Shown in pieces: positions 25,801-39,139 of a DNA stretch of 64,000 nt. Each line of letters starts with the position of its first letter. The stretch's first letter is position 1. The stretch is from Octopus vulgaris (Eukaryota). The translations under genes were made by a program, and so were the position numbers. The stretch is from positions 142,042,001-142,106,000 of the forward strand of contig OX597814.1 of the NCBI GenBank assembly GCA_951406725.2, in the 5' to 3' direction. The notes beneath the pieces are model-generated. The model made no database searches and was not told the DNA's origin. It saw nothing but the letters and a program-made list of their open reading frames with translations.

Positions 25801-26191
25801 CTGGATAAAGTTACCCATCAGATTTTATTTTTTTTTTTAGTTTGTGTTCTGCTCTGGCTTCTTCCTTCATATTATTATTCCTCATTCACCACCGCCACCA
25901 CCATCACAATTTAATGTCATTTTATGGGGTTTCCAAAAACCACACAACCTCACTGGGCAGGTTTGGTAGTGTTGCTGGTTTAGTTGTTAACAGCTCGACC
26001 TTGCAACAAATTGTACTGGGTTACATGTAACCAGTAGCACTCTGTGACCTGACACACAGTATGTTATGCCACTTGAATTTTTAACAATAATTTTTGTATA
26101 ATATAAAAATTTAATGGAGCTTGTCCTCAGATCAGCTCTAATTTAGAGGTTATTTGATCAAAGACTGTCTTGACTGCCTCATCTTAGAATA

Positions 26192-26530
26192 AGGGTAAAA
26201 ACCTCTTTCAGTCATGAATGACCATGGGATTGCACCTAGAAAGTTACCCTCTGAGACACAAATCCAGAGAAGGTTGTTTATGGAAGGCCAGTGTCATCCA
26301 TACATACCAGCCTCCCCTCTCTGTGCCATGGTGTTATCCAAGGGAAAGGCAAAGGCCGATACAGCTTGGCACCTATGACGTCGCAACTCATTTCTACAGC
26401 TGAGTGAACTGGAGCAACGTGAAATAAAGTGTCTTTTTCAAGAACACAGTTCATAGCTCTTTCCAGGAATAGAACTCACTACCTCATAATTGCGAACCTG
26501 ATGCCCTAACCAATGAGCCATATGCCTTCA
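26192..26530 (-). mobile_element. Full-length tRNA-headed SINE family D
   Basis: Minus head GAAGGCATATGGCTCATTGGTTAGGGC...GAGTTCTATTCC, then CORE-like TTCTTGAAAAAGACACTTTATTTCAC. Confidence 0.85.
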
Positions 26531-27518
26531 TCATCTTACAATATGTATAATGTATTATCAGGGGTGTAAGAAAGGGGAAAGGGAGGTAGTGAAGATAGAA
26601 TAGAAGAGAGGGAAGTAGAGGTAAGGAGATAGAGAGAAGAGAAGTAGGGGGGAAACAGAGGAGACAGAGGTTCAATAGTTAGAGTAGTGCCAAAGATGAG
26701 AAAGATGGCGGAAAGAGAGGAGGGAGATAGAAAGGTAATGGTATGGGAAGTATAGGGGAGAGAGAAAGATAAGGGATAAGAGGGAGTAGAGAGACATGGA
26801 AACAGAAAGAGAAAGAAAAACAATGATAGGCAAAGATAATAATAGAGGATGGTGTGTATATATACATATATATATATGTCTTTGCCTCTGTGAGGCCCAA
26901 AGCATGAAAGGTGCTTTTACGTTCCACTTGTGTGACACCGGTACCTGCCACAACTGCAATTTTACTTGGCTTGGTGGGTATTCTTCTCAAGCACAGCATA
27001 ATGCCAAAGGTCTTGGTCATTGTCTCTGTGAGGCCCAACACTCTAAAGGAGCTCAGCCACTTTGCCTCCATGAGGCTCAATGCTCAAAGAGTGCTTTTTA
27101 CATGCCACCTGCATGGGTGCCTGTTACATGACACCAGCATCAGCAACAACCACAATTTCACTTGGCTTGATGGATCATCTCAAGCATAGCATATCACCAA
27201 AGGTCTTAGTCACTAGTCATTGCCTCTGTGAGGCCCAAATTTCAGAGATCATGCTTCACTGCCTCATCCTATGTCTTCCTGATTTTACCTCTACCCCAGG
27301 TTCCCTCCACAGTTAGGGAATTGGCACTTCTCTACACAGCTGTCCTCGTCCATACACATCACATGACTATACCAGTGCATTCATCTCTCTTGCACACCAC
27401 ATCTGATGCCTCTTATGCCTAAATTTTCTCTCAAGATGCTTACACTGTCGATGTCGACAGGCACACTGACATTGCACATCAAGCAAAGCATACGGGCTTC
27501 ATATATATATATATATAT

Positions 27519-27725
27519 AAAGGGAAAGTTTACGAAAATAAACAAAAGACGAAGGCAGGTGGAGTACAAACAAACAAATGAATTAGTATAGCGCTCAGGA
27601 ATAGAAAAAGTCTTTTATGTTTTGAGCCTATGCTCTTCGACAGAAAGCTACACAGAAAAAAACAAGGAGAGAAAAAAAATGCGTGTAGGAGCTAACAATC
27701 TATCATGGCGTCCTGACTTCAGACA
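27519..27725 (-). mobile_element. Short Penelope-associated element next to (TA)n, with a minimal HHR-like motif at 27611-27647
   Basis: Minus strand CTTT-CTGTCGA-A-GAGC-ATAG-GCTC-AAAACATA-AAAG. Same element as 34921-35088. Confidence 0.65.
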
Positions 27726-30700
27726 ATGGTCAGATGCGAGAGGGACGGTAGGGGACGATAACAGGGTAAAGTGACTTCCAATACGAAGGTGCTCCCAACA
27801 CAAAGGTGCATGTGTGTATAAGAGAGTATGTATGTGCGTGTGAAAGAGGACTGGTGGTGTATATATATACTCACACACAAACACACATACATATGTTATA
27901 TATAGAGGGAGAGAAAGTGGAGGGAAAGTAGAGAGAAGAGAGCGTGGGAGGAAGGAATACAAAGAAAGTAAATGAAATGAATGGGATGAGAACTGACACA
28001 AAACAATGCAAGGAGAGGAAGGGGGAGAATAACATGCTCCCACCACCCCTACCATCATCACTATCACCATTATCATCAATATCATCACCACCAACACAAT
28101 AGTACTGATACCACTATTAACAAAATATGCCCATCAGTAACCTCCTCCAAGCACCACAGAAAAAAAAGAGGAAAAACAAAAACTACAAACACCACCTCTA
28201 CATCACTTATCAACAATAACATATGTTGCATTTAACCATCATCAACACCACCACCACCATCACTTCTGCCATCACCTCCTCCTCTTCCTTCTCACTTTAT
28301 TACAACATTACATTTAGCCTAAGCATGGAATGTCTGCAGCTTAGTGCACAGCAATAATCGATCAAGGATTAGCGTTAATATATCTTAACGTGATGATGAG
28401 AGAGTGAGATCTTTCAGAGATAGATACAGTGACATGTGATCAACTTCCACATGGCACTGTGCCACACGTGGTAATGTAAGCTTCTCATGATTAGTTATTA
28501 TTTAATCCCAGGTTGTGACCTGATCCATGAGTCCTGTGATGAATGGCTTTCCGTTCACCAAGACTTACACCATCCAATGAGTTTTTCTGTATTTTGCATT
28601 GTTTAAGGCAATGATTTGTGAGTAAAGGGACATACAGTTATTATTTCAAGCAGGTTAGTCCAGTGATTCCATAGAAACCCCTTGTTACAGTATCTGCAAA
28701 TGTATATACGTGTATGTGTGTGTGTATTTTATATCTATCTTGCTTCCCAACGACATGGTTCTGGGTTCAGTCCCATTGAATTGCCTCCTCATATCTATCA
28801 TCATACCCTGCTTACTATAGCCCCTGCTTACTATAGCACAGGTGCCATTTGTGTGACTCTGGTATCTGCCATGACTGTGATTTTGCTCGGCTTGATGGAA
28901 CTTCTCAAGCATGACATAATGCCAAAAGTATTTTAGTCATTGCCTCCGTAAGGCCCAGCATTCAAAAGGAGCTTGACTACTTTGCCTCCATGAGACCCAA
29001 TGCTCAAAAGGAACTCAGCCACCTCACCTCCATGAGGCCCAACAATCAAAAGGAACTCAGTCCATTTGATTCAGAGGCTAATAAACAATCCAGTCAGTAT
29101 TTGAACTCAGATTGTAAAAGAGATTTAGCAAAAGCCTGCAAAGCATTTAGCTCACCGCACTACTATTTCTGGCATTTCAGCACTCTGAGGAAGAGGTCAA
29201 CAAACTATGGCTTGCAGCTTCATTTCATTTGACCTGCTGACTTTATTGAATATATGCCACTGCTGTAAAATCTCTTTATTTTCGCTGAGAAAAAAATATA
29301 AATTTTCAATATCGAAAAATAGAACAAATTTTTCAGTCTAGTAGTTGCTTTGAATCAATGTTATATGTTTTACAGCTGTGTGGGTTAAAAAGCTCGATTT
29401 CCAACTGTGGTCTTGAGTTCAGTCTCATTGTACAGCATATTGGGCAAGTGTTTACACCAGGCTTAGGTTGACCAAAGTCTTGTAAATAGATTTGGTAGAC
29501 AGAAACTTGAAGCCTGCATCTTATATAAAGCAGCAGTTTCCTTGAAATTACTCATTTAGCTGCAAATAGACTTATTAGATCACAAATCTGTTAAGTTCAT
29601 GTTTTGTAAAATATGTAACTTCTTCATCAATGTTTTTACATTTCCTATCTCTCCTTTCCCCAGCTAAGTGCAGAACTATGTGCACCGTAGATTTGGTTTT
29701 ACCAATGCACACTACATTATCATTATTACATATACTGAAGGCGGCAAGCTGGCAGAATCGTTAGCTCACTAGATGAAATGCTCAGTGGTATTTTGCCTGT
29801 CGTTACATTCTGAGTTCAAATTCCACCGAGGTCAACTTTACCTTTCATCCTTTTGGGGTTAATAAAACAAATACCAGTTGAACACTGGGGTTGATGTAAT
29901 CAACTCATCCCCTTCCCCAAAATTGCTGCCCTTGTGGCAAAATTTGAAACCATTATTACATAGATTGACCACATTTCGTATGTTTATAATCACAAAAATT
30001 ATTAGTGCAGCTGAATTTCCTGTCTGAAATTCCCAAAAACCTCAAAATATCCAAGAGTTATTTTAATGCTGACATAGCATGCCACAAATAAAAAATTCAA
30101 CAATGTTGAGAAGTTTTCCACCAAATACAGCTGCTGTGTGATGTTTACAACATATGAGCTTATAAACAGTGATCATGTTTTGTTTTTTGTTTTTTGGTAA
30201 AGGTAAACACAAAATGATATTTTTACATGAGATCTGGAATTTACCTCCATGTAAAAATGACTCGCATCATTGCTTTGTGCTTTACTTGAAAAATAAAATA
30301 CCAACTTTTTTTGAGTTTTAATTTTATTCGCCTATAAATGTTCAATGCTTTGCTTTTATTCCTTACTTGATACTAGCATCGAAAAAAAAAATACAAATGT
30401 CATACATGCACTGTAACCTTTTAATCGAAGCATGTCATCATAGGTGGTGATGGAGATCTTACCTTTCTGATGGTACTATGTATAAAAAAATTATTTAAAA
30501 TTTACTTAAATTACATTCAGGATATACATGTCAGCTATATTATGAAATATAAATGGATATTAAATTTAGATGTGGATCCTATCCCTGACCATTTTACTGA
30601 TGCAAATATAAAAATACTCTGAAATCTGAAATCTGCAACATTTTTGGTCCCAGGAATTTTAGACAAGGGATTTTCATTTGTATATGATGGACCCTCCCAT

Positions 30701-33700
30701 CAAAAATGACATATGAGTGTTTAGCTTTTGCTGAACGACCTACAGAAATGATTTGTTTATAACGATCAAATGTATGTACTGTACAATTGTGTCACTCCAC
30801 TGTTAAATTGACGTTGCCCGAATAAGTACACAGTGTACCAAGCATCAGGTGCAATCACAGAGCAATGTGAAATGAAGTGTTTTGCTCAAGAACACAATGC
30901 ACTGCCTGGTCTAGGAATTGAAACCCTGATCTCATGATTGTGAGTGCAACACCCTAACCTGTAGGCCATGTATATACTTCTAATAGTATTATTAATAATT
31001 AAAAGCTTATTACAAAATGGCAGAATCTATGTAAATACACATTTCTTTGACCGTATTCTTCTGAAAATAGACTTTTGTGCCTGAAATGTAAAGGTTTTTT
31101 AAAATTTTCTGTTTTGTTAGAAGCTTTTCTTATTTCTCATTTCATTCATTCTTCTTCTTGTGTACCACAATGCTTCAAGCAAACTACAATGCTCTTCAAA
31201 ATTATTTTATGAAGTACATATGATGACAAGTTCATTTCAATAGATTCTTGTAGAGTTTACAGCAATCTTCATCTTTCTGGGCCATCTAAGGCCCTTTCAT
31301 TTATTGATTCTAAGAGGGATGCTACCAACATTGGACATTTGGGAAAGATTTATCACATCTGAGTTGGAATAAGTGCTAGGGATATATTGGGGTCTGTTAG
31401 ATCATGAAGATGTTCTTAATAGTTCAACTACATATTTCTTAATTATTTGTGTTGGATTTATAAACATTATTACACACAGACACACACATCAGTCAGTGAG
31501 TATTAGGAAAATACTTAGTGGTATTTCGTCTGTCTTTATGTTCTGAGTTCAAATTTTGCTGAGGTTGACTTGGTCTTCCATCTTTTTGGAGTCGTTAAAT
31601 TAAGCACCAGTTGAACATTTTACTAGATGTAAATCTCCCTCCCCTGAAGTGTCTGACCTTGTGCCAAAATATCAAACCTTTATTACACACATACATATAT
31701 GCACATAAATACTTACATTTATACATATAAGCTCACATACATTTACGTGTTAGAGATTTGATGGAAGAATAACTGGAAGAACAGCGAATGAAAAAGAATA
31801 AAAATGAATGAAAATAATATAAATAAAAATGATAAGAAATGAAATGATATATGTTAAAATACCAGTGAAACTTCACACACTACAAGAAACTATTTGATAT
31901 ATTGTTCAATGACTTTTAGAGTCAATGTCGAATCCAGTATAATAAATACATCACCTCCCTGCAGGAATGGAACACTCTTTCTTAGGAATTCTTTGCCATA
32001 AAAGTAATGAATACATCCAAATGGCCAAAGGAGGAAATCTGAGAAACTGGTTTGAAGATAAGCATCTTAAAGCCAGTATTATTGACACAAAAGTTCCTCT
32101 CTCTCTCTCTTTCTCATAACATTTTTACAAAGATTAAAACCTGTTCTTTGAGATTCCTTTCTCATACTTAGAAGTTGAGGTGACATTAGTGATAAGCACA
32201 AGAATATCATTGGGATAGATGTAACTGTTACAGAGATAAGCAAAGTTTATTTAGTGACATTAGTGACACAAAATTAGTAAAATATATCTTGAATGTGTTT
32301 TTACTTCTACTTGAAGAAAGAACATCTATAATTGTGTCTACAGAATACATAACATTCTGTTGAGATGGCGGCAGCTTGCATCGTATTTGTAATATAGTAG
32401 TATTGTGTTTTAATGACCAAGATATCTAACACCCCAAAAGACTAAACTATCAACCTGACAATAGGTTCTACTATCATAGAATAAAAAGAAACACTGTTCT
32501 ATTGTTGTTGTTTAACTCCAGGTCAGCCTTGATTCAGGAGAGATATAATCAAAGGCATTCAAGCCATCACATCCCATTCTTTTCTTTTCTTTTTTTTTTT
32601 TCTAATGGGAAAGGATCTTCAGACACTGGACCTCACTAAGGAAATCACAAGGGACTGGGAGCTGAGGTGGTTTGCTGTACTTAAGAAGACACATCAAGCT
32701 AAGTAAAATCACAGTCATCCAGACATACTGGCTTGTCCTTTACAGGTGCCAGTGCCATGTAAAATGCACTTGTGCCAGTGCTGCATAATTGCACCCATAC
32801 CGGTGGCATGTAAATGGCACCCAGCACACTCTGTAAAGTGGTTGGCATTAGCAAGGACATCCAGCTGTAAAAACCATGCCACAACAGACAACTGGTGTCT
32901 GGACTGCTCCACCGGCTGGCCAGCTCCTGTTAAACTGTCTGACCCATGCTAACATTGGAAATGGATGTTAAACAATGATGATAATGAGTGTGACCTGGAT
33001 TACATCAACCTATGTGGGCCCATTATCATTATAGGTCATAGGTTCAATTTCTGGCCTAGGCAGCACATTATGCCCTTGAGCAACACACTCCATTTCACAT
33101 TGCTTCAATCCTTTCAAACGAAAGTAAAAAACAGTGACACCTAGTTGGGATGGGATTACCCTGCAACAGATTGGCATCCCATTCAGCAGAGTTTTTTTAC
33201 TCTTTGCTTAAATGCCACAGAAACTAAGGTCAAGCGCTATCCTAATGAACCTGTAGGCTTGAAAAAAACTGTACTTTAAACCTCCTAGGACTTGAACTAA
33301 CCACTTTTCTGAGCCATTTCTCCTCAAAACAAAACCCTCCAAAATTCCCTCATGCTCTTCTACTCATGCTCTTCTTGGAGTCATCAATTTGAAATTGTTC
33401 AAGAACATCAATTTTATTGATCTTGCTGGTGTCTGAGGATGTGCAACAATGACTATGAGCATAACTCACTTCTCTTGACCAAACAGCTGACAAACAAATA
33501 AATAAATAAATAAAGATAAAAAGGTCTATATACCACATTGTGTGGTTAAGAAGCTCATTTTGCAAACACTTGGTTTAGGGTTCAGTCCCACTGTGTGACA
33601 CCTTAGGCAAAGTATCTTCTATTATAGCCCCAAGCTAACAAATACCTTGAGAGTGCATTTTCTGTAGAAAGGAACTTCCTGAAAGTCTTTTGTGTGTGTG

Positions 33701-34920
33701 TTTATGTTTGTTCCTTGCCACTGCTTGATAACTGATGTTGGTTTGTTTATGTCCCCGTGACTTAGGTTGGCAGAGAAATAAGTACTGAGGTCAATTTGTT
33801 TGATTAAGCCCTTTGAGGTGGTGTCACAGTATGGCTGCAGTCCAATGACTAAAACCAGCAAAACATAAAACGTAAAAGATAAAAGGACAGACACAGCTAG
33901 TAAGCCTTTGATCTTAGGTATACTCACACAGGACAGCAGGATGTATCTAGGGCTGAACAACAACAGTAGTAGCAGTAGCAGTAGCAGCAGCAACAACAAC
34001 AATTTACAAGTGAGAAATGATAGAATGACAAGATGATCAATGACTCACCAATTAACAAAACTCAATCAATCTGCAACCTCCCATCCTCCCACCCACCAAA
34101 CCCCACCTCTTCCTCCTCCTCTTCATTCATCTATATTTTCTTACTTCCACTTATTAATTATATAAGCAAATTTATGAAACAAACTCATTGACGGCAATAG
34201 CATAGTACTTATTGCATTTCTTCTTTCTATATTGGCAAATTCTCAAAACTTCCATTATATTCAATAATGATTTATTGTTTTTGTTTCTTTTTTTTTTGTT
34301 TTCCTTCTTCCATTATTTTTCTCTTAAAAAAAAAAACAAAAAAAAAACTGCAGCTAACATGCACAACCAGTTCTTATCATGAACATGTAATAACAATAAC
34401 AACAGAAAAGGCTTAAACCAGACATTAAAATTACTGTTAAGGAAGGTTTTAAATCATAATTGATTCCTTTAACCCTTTAGCAATCAGATTACTCAGTCAA
34501 ATGTATTATCATCACCATCACCACCACCACCAACAACAATAACAACAACATTTAATAACTGTTTTTCCATGTTACATGAGCTGGATGGTTTGACAGGTAA
34601 GCCAGAGAACTGCACCAAGCTCTTCTCTCTGCTTTGGCATGGTTTCTATAGCTGGATGCCTTTCCTAGTGCCAACCACTTTACAGAGTGGACTGGATGCT
34701 TTTTACATGGTACCAGCACTGGCAAGGTCTGTATTGATATGTTTCTACTTTTTGGGCAGGAGTGGCTGTGTGGTAAGTAGCTTGCTTACCAACCACATGG
34801 TTTTGGGTTCAGTCCCACTGCGTGGCACTTTGGAGGCCGACCAAAGCTTTGTGAGTGGATTTGGTAGACGGAAACTGAAAGAAGCCCATCGTATATATGT
34901 ATATATATATATATATATAT

Positions 34921-35088
34921 AACGGGAAAATAGACAAAGGACGAAGACAGGTTTACGGAAATAAACAAAAGACGAAGGCAGGTGGAATACAAACAAACAA
35001 TTGTATTAGTATGGCGCTCAGGAAATATAAATAAAACAAGTCTTTAACGTTTCGAGCCTACGCTCTTCAACAGAAAGATACACAGAGA
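34921..35088 (-). mobile_element. Short Penelope-associated element inserted in the (TA)n middle of a SINE A
   Basis: Colinear with 27519-27660. The host SINE A spans ~34755-35270 on both sides. Confidence 0.75.
35041..35078 (-). ncRNA. Minimal hammerhead-like motif lacking helix III, with variant core
   Basis: TCTTT-CTGTTGA-A-GAGC-GTAG-GCTC-GAAACGTT-AAAGA. Helix I TCTTT/AAAGA, helix II GAGC/GCTC, palindromic AACGTT in place of helix III. Confidence 0.6.
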
Positions 35089-36073
35089 AGTGTGTATGTA
35101 TTTGTGTGTTTGTGTTTGTACCCCCAACATCACTTGACAACCGATACTGGTGTGTTTACGTCCCCGCGACTTAGTGGTTCGGCAAAAGAGACCGATAGAA
35201 TAAGTACTAGGCTTACAAAGAATAAGTCCTGGGGTCGATTTGCTCAACTAAAAAGGTGGTGCTCCAGCACTTTACAGAATGAACTAGGTGCTTTTTATGT
35301 GGCATTGGCATCAGTGAGGTCACCAAAGTAACTTGCAAAACAAAACCTTCAGCTGAATAATTGCGAAAAACTGAAGGAAGAGGCTTTGTTTCAAATGATG
35401 AAAAGTTAAAGTATGGCGGAGGAACAGAAACAGATGTTTTGCTGCCAAGGAGACACATGGCTATCCCAGTTGAGAGAGAGAGAGGGAGATGGAGAGAGAG
35501 AGAGAGACATGGAGAGAGAGAGAGAAAGAGAATGAGTGAGAGAGAAGATGCTGGTGATAAAGATGTGTTGAGGCATCTTTACCAGGGAGGTGAATGTTAG
35601 TGAAGTGGCACAGAAGATTGGACAGAGTGACTGGATAAGTAATTTTACATTGTTGTGAATTAGTCATGCGTTATCTCATAGCTTTGATGTTTAAAAGATG
35701 TGTTTATTTATTTCTGAATAATAAGTGTGTGTGAGAGGCTGCATCTGGCTGATTTGAGCATAAAACATATTTGGGCTTGATATGGTCGGTTTAAATGCTA
35801 AAGAGTAAGCGTGATTTCACATCAAGATAAATCAATAACATAAGATTGTTAAAAAAAAATAGTTTTTCCAAAAACTTAAAATCAAAACTGAAATGTAATT
35901 AACATAGAATTTGGTTAAATGATGCTTATACTTACAGAAAAAAAATTACTTTCCATGATAAAATAAAATAAATTGTTATTCAAAAAATTTTCTTTTCTTC
36001 TTCAGTAAAACAAACAAATATACCAATTCCATTTTATAAAGAAGATTACAGGATCTTATTGATGTTTTTTTAT

Positions 36074-36123
<50 letters not shown>

Positions 36124-36627
36124 TGATGATGATGATGATGATGATGATGGTGATGATAATAATAATAATAAAGTCTATTTGATAAACATGTTTACTATAT
36201 GGATTGAAATGTTAATTTATCAATAATCAATTATTATTATCATGATCATCATGATCATCGTTATCATCATCATCAGCACACTAGGTGAAATGCTTAATGT
36301 CAATTCATCCATCTTCTTGTTCTGAGCTCAAATTCCGCTGAGGTCGATTTTGCCTTTCATCCTTTTGAGGTTGATAAAATAAGTACCAGTCAAACACTGG
36401 GGTCGATGTAATCAACTAGTCTCCTCCCACGGAAATTTTAGGCTTTGTGCCATTAGTAGAAAGGAGTATTATTATTCGTGAAGTATATGTGCTACCTAAA
36501 TGTAGCTAACCCTTAAGGGTTGATGCTACTGTAGCTTGAAGACATCTCCTCCAGTTGGCTATTGACACACTTTTTGAGTCCTATCAGTATTTGCAGTCAT
36601 CTTTCCCATCTCCAGCCTGACGTGATA

Positions 36628-36672
36628 CACACAGACCTGAGTTTCTGGGTATTGACCAGTCATCAGCGTGTG
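36628..36672 (-). ncRNA. Type I hammerhead ribozyme
   Basis: CACACG-CTGATGA-C-TGG-TCAATAC-CCA-GAAAC-TCAG-GTC-TGTGTG. Full core, GUC triplet, 6-bp helix I, 3-bp helix II, minimal helix III. Confidence 0.82.
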
Positions 36673-37007
36673 ACAACCAACTGTTGGCAAAATGGTTATC
36701 AATGCAAATATATATACTTTTTTGAGTAACACAAAGTCAATGATCTCAAAAAAGTAGAAACAAGCAATAATAAATCTCTGAGTGAGGTATAAACAGTAGC
36801 TGCATGACATTGTGAAGTATATTTGCCACTTAAATGTGGCTAACCCTTAAGGGTTGATGCTACTGTAGCTTGTAGCCCCAAGAAGATATCTCCTCTAGCT
36901 GGCTACTGACACACTTTCTGTGCCCTATCAATATTTGCAGTCATCTTTTCCATTTCTAGCCTAATGTGATACACATAGACCCAAATTTCTGAGTATTGAC
37001 CCATTGT

Positions 37008-37052
37008 CACACGCTGATGACAGGTCAATATCTAGAAAGTCAGGTCCATGTG
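37008..37052 (+). ncRNA. Type I hammerhead ribozyme, inverted and partly mutated copy
   Basis: CACACG-CTGATGA-CAGGTCAATATCTA-GAAA-GTCAG-GTC-CATGTG. Confidence 0.7.
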
Positions 37053-37127
37053 TATCACGTCAGGCTAGAGATGGGAAAGATGACTGCAAATACTGATAGG
37101 ACACAGAAAGTGTGTCAATAGCCAGCT

Positions 37128-37686
37128 GGCAGAATCGTTAGCACGTTGGACAAAATGCTTAGCAGTATTTCATTTGTCTTTACGTTCTGAGTTCAAATTC
37201 CACCAAGGTCGACACTGCCTTTCATCCCTCCCAACAAAATTTCGAGCTTTGTGCCTAGAGTAGAAAACAATATTTCTTTAGGAAAAAGGCAGCGAAATGG
37301 CAGAATCATTAGCAAGCTGGGTGAAATGCTTAGCAGTATTTCGTATGTCTTTACATTCTGAGTTCAAATTCCACCAAGGTCGACTTTGCCTTTCATCCCT
37401 CCCAACAAAATTTCGAGCTTTGTGCCTAGAGTAGAAAACAATATTTCTTTAGGAAAAAAGGCAGCGAAATGGCAGAATCATTAGCACTCTGGGTGAAATG
37501 CTTAGCAGTATTTCGTATGTCTTACATTCTGAGTTTAAATTCCACCAAGGTCGACTTTACCTTTCATCCTTTCAGAGTCAATAAATTAAGTACCAGTTAC
37601 ATACTGGAATCGATCTAATCGACTGGCCCCCTCCCCTAAAATTACAGGGTTTGTGCATAGAGTAGAAAAGAATATTTCTTTAGGAA
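37128..37686 (+). mobile_element. Three head-to-tail SINE family B copies
   Basis: GGCAGAATC starts at 37128, 37299 and 37471. AATATTTCTTTAGGAA follows each unit (37269, 37440, 37671). Confidence 0.9.
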
Positions 37687-39139
37687 TCCATATATAAATC
37701 ATGACAAGTGTTAATCGACACTTGTAAATGAAGATGGTAATCTAAATATCTTCTGGAACCGTGTGTCTGACAACATCTTGATGATTCCTTAGATTAATAT
37801 ACATTTGCAGGAAGAAATATGGGAATCAGTTTCCAGACCACGTAAATTTTGAAATTACTGTAATAATGGTACCAGATTCGTTCTGATATGACAAACTTCA
37901 TAAGTCATAATTTCCAGTCAGTATTTAAGATTATATTTCTTCAGAGTTTGCCACAAATAGCAGCAGGAATGAAATAAAGACATGTGCAAACTTCATAACT
38001 AACACTGATTGTGACTGCTGGGAGGAATATGAGATATTGTCAAGTTCTCTCTCAAGATTTCATTTTAGTTTTACATTTCTAGGATAAATTTATTTATTAC
38101 GACCAAAAGAGAGAAACTACAAAACACACAAACAAATTGCACACACAAACACGCAAAATAAGAAAATACATGTATACATACAAAAAAATACACAGATACA
38201 CAAGCATAATCATATACACAAACAAATACACACTTATGCAAAAGCACATACACAAAAGAACACACACGCATACACAAACAAAATCACTTATGCACACACA
38301 TACACACATGCATGTATTCAAAATACACAGATCACAAACACATAACCAAAATATACAAAAAACTCTAACATATACACAAACACAAAAAGATACACACACA
38401 ACATATATTGGTATAACTGAGAGAGTTTGTAAAACAATCTCAGCAGTGGCCTTGTCAAAAAATGGCATGAGAGCAGGAATAATGTAGGAAATTCATTAGA
38501 ATATATAATTAGGATCAATCAAATAATTTATCTCCTTCAGACTTGTTTTGAGAGAGGGGGGGTATAAAGGCACAAGGACAGAGAGAGTAGTAGCAATTTG
38601 TCATTAATTTATTATGTTTAATTTTGTTTGGTTTATTCTTGTCGTTCAAGAAGAAACTAAATACCTTTGCGATTAGTAATCCAAGCATAATGAAATAACA
38701 TAGCCTGAGCATCTACTTTGCAGATGTTAAGTAGAAAAGTTTTTTTTTTTTTACATGTCAAATTTGTTAAACCACCCCCAAGTGGTTGCGTCAAAGTGCA
38801 GGGTACTTTAGATGTCAAGCAAAAGAAAAGGAGAGGTAGTGGCGTTGGTGGTGGGAGAAATACTTTCAAGAGAGCTAAAGAAGGAAATAAAATGGTGAAA
38901 AACAAAAAGAAAATCAAACAATAACAGCTAAAGAACTGACACCTATGTTACCAAAATATTTCCATAACTGTCTGTGACACTTCAGCTGTCACAAGTCATA
39001 GTTTTGAAGTTGCTTAACTTTGCACCCTCTCTACTCTACCCCCTCCCCTGCTTTCCTCTCCCCAGCTAGGCTTAAATCAAATTCAACTATTACATAGATG
39101 CTCATTTATGACACCCAGTCTCAGTTCCTCTTGGACTTA

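Larger units (their letters stand above)
36478..37129. mobile_element. Retrozyme-like / pLTR-like element: tandem ~340-nt monomers plus an inverted partial copy
   Basis: Copy 1 starts at 36478 and copy 2 at 36812 (period 334; copy 1 has a ~10-nt deletion). Copy 2 stops at 37001. The inverted copy is 37004-37129. No recognisable protein ORF. Confidence 0.85.

Noticed and set aside
31965-32090. Open frame after CCCTGCAG with kinase-like GGNLRNW
   Set aside because: No convincing donor site and no other kinase motifs.
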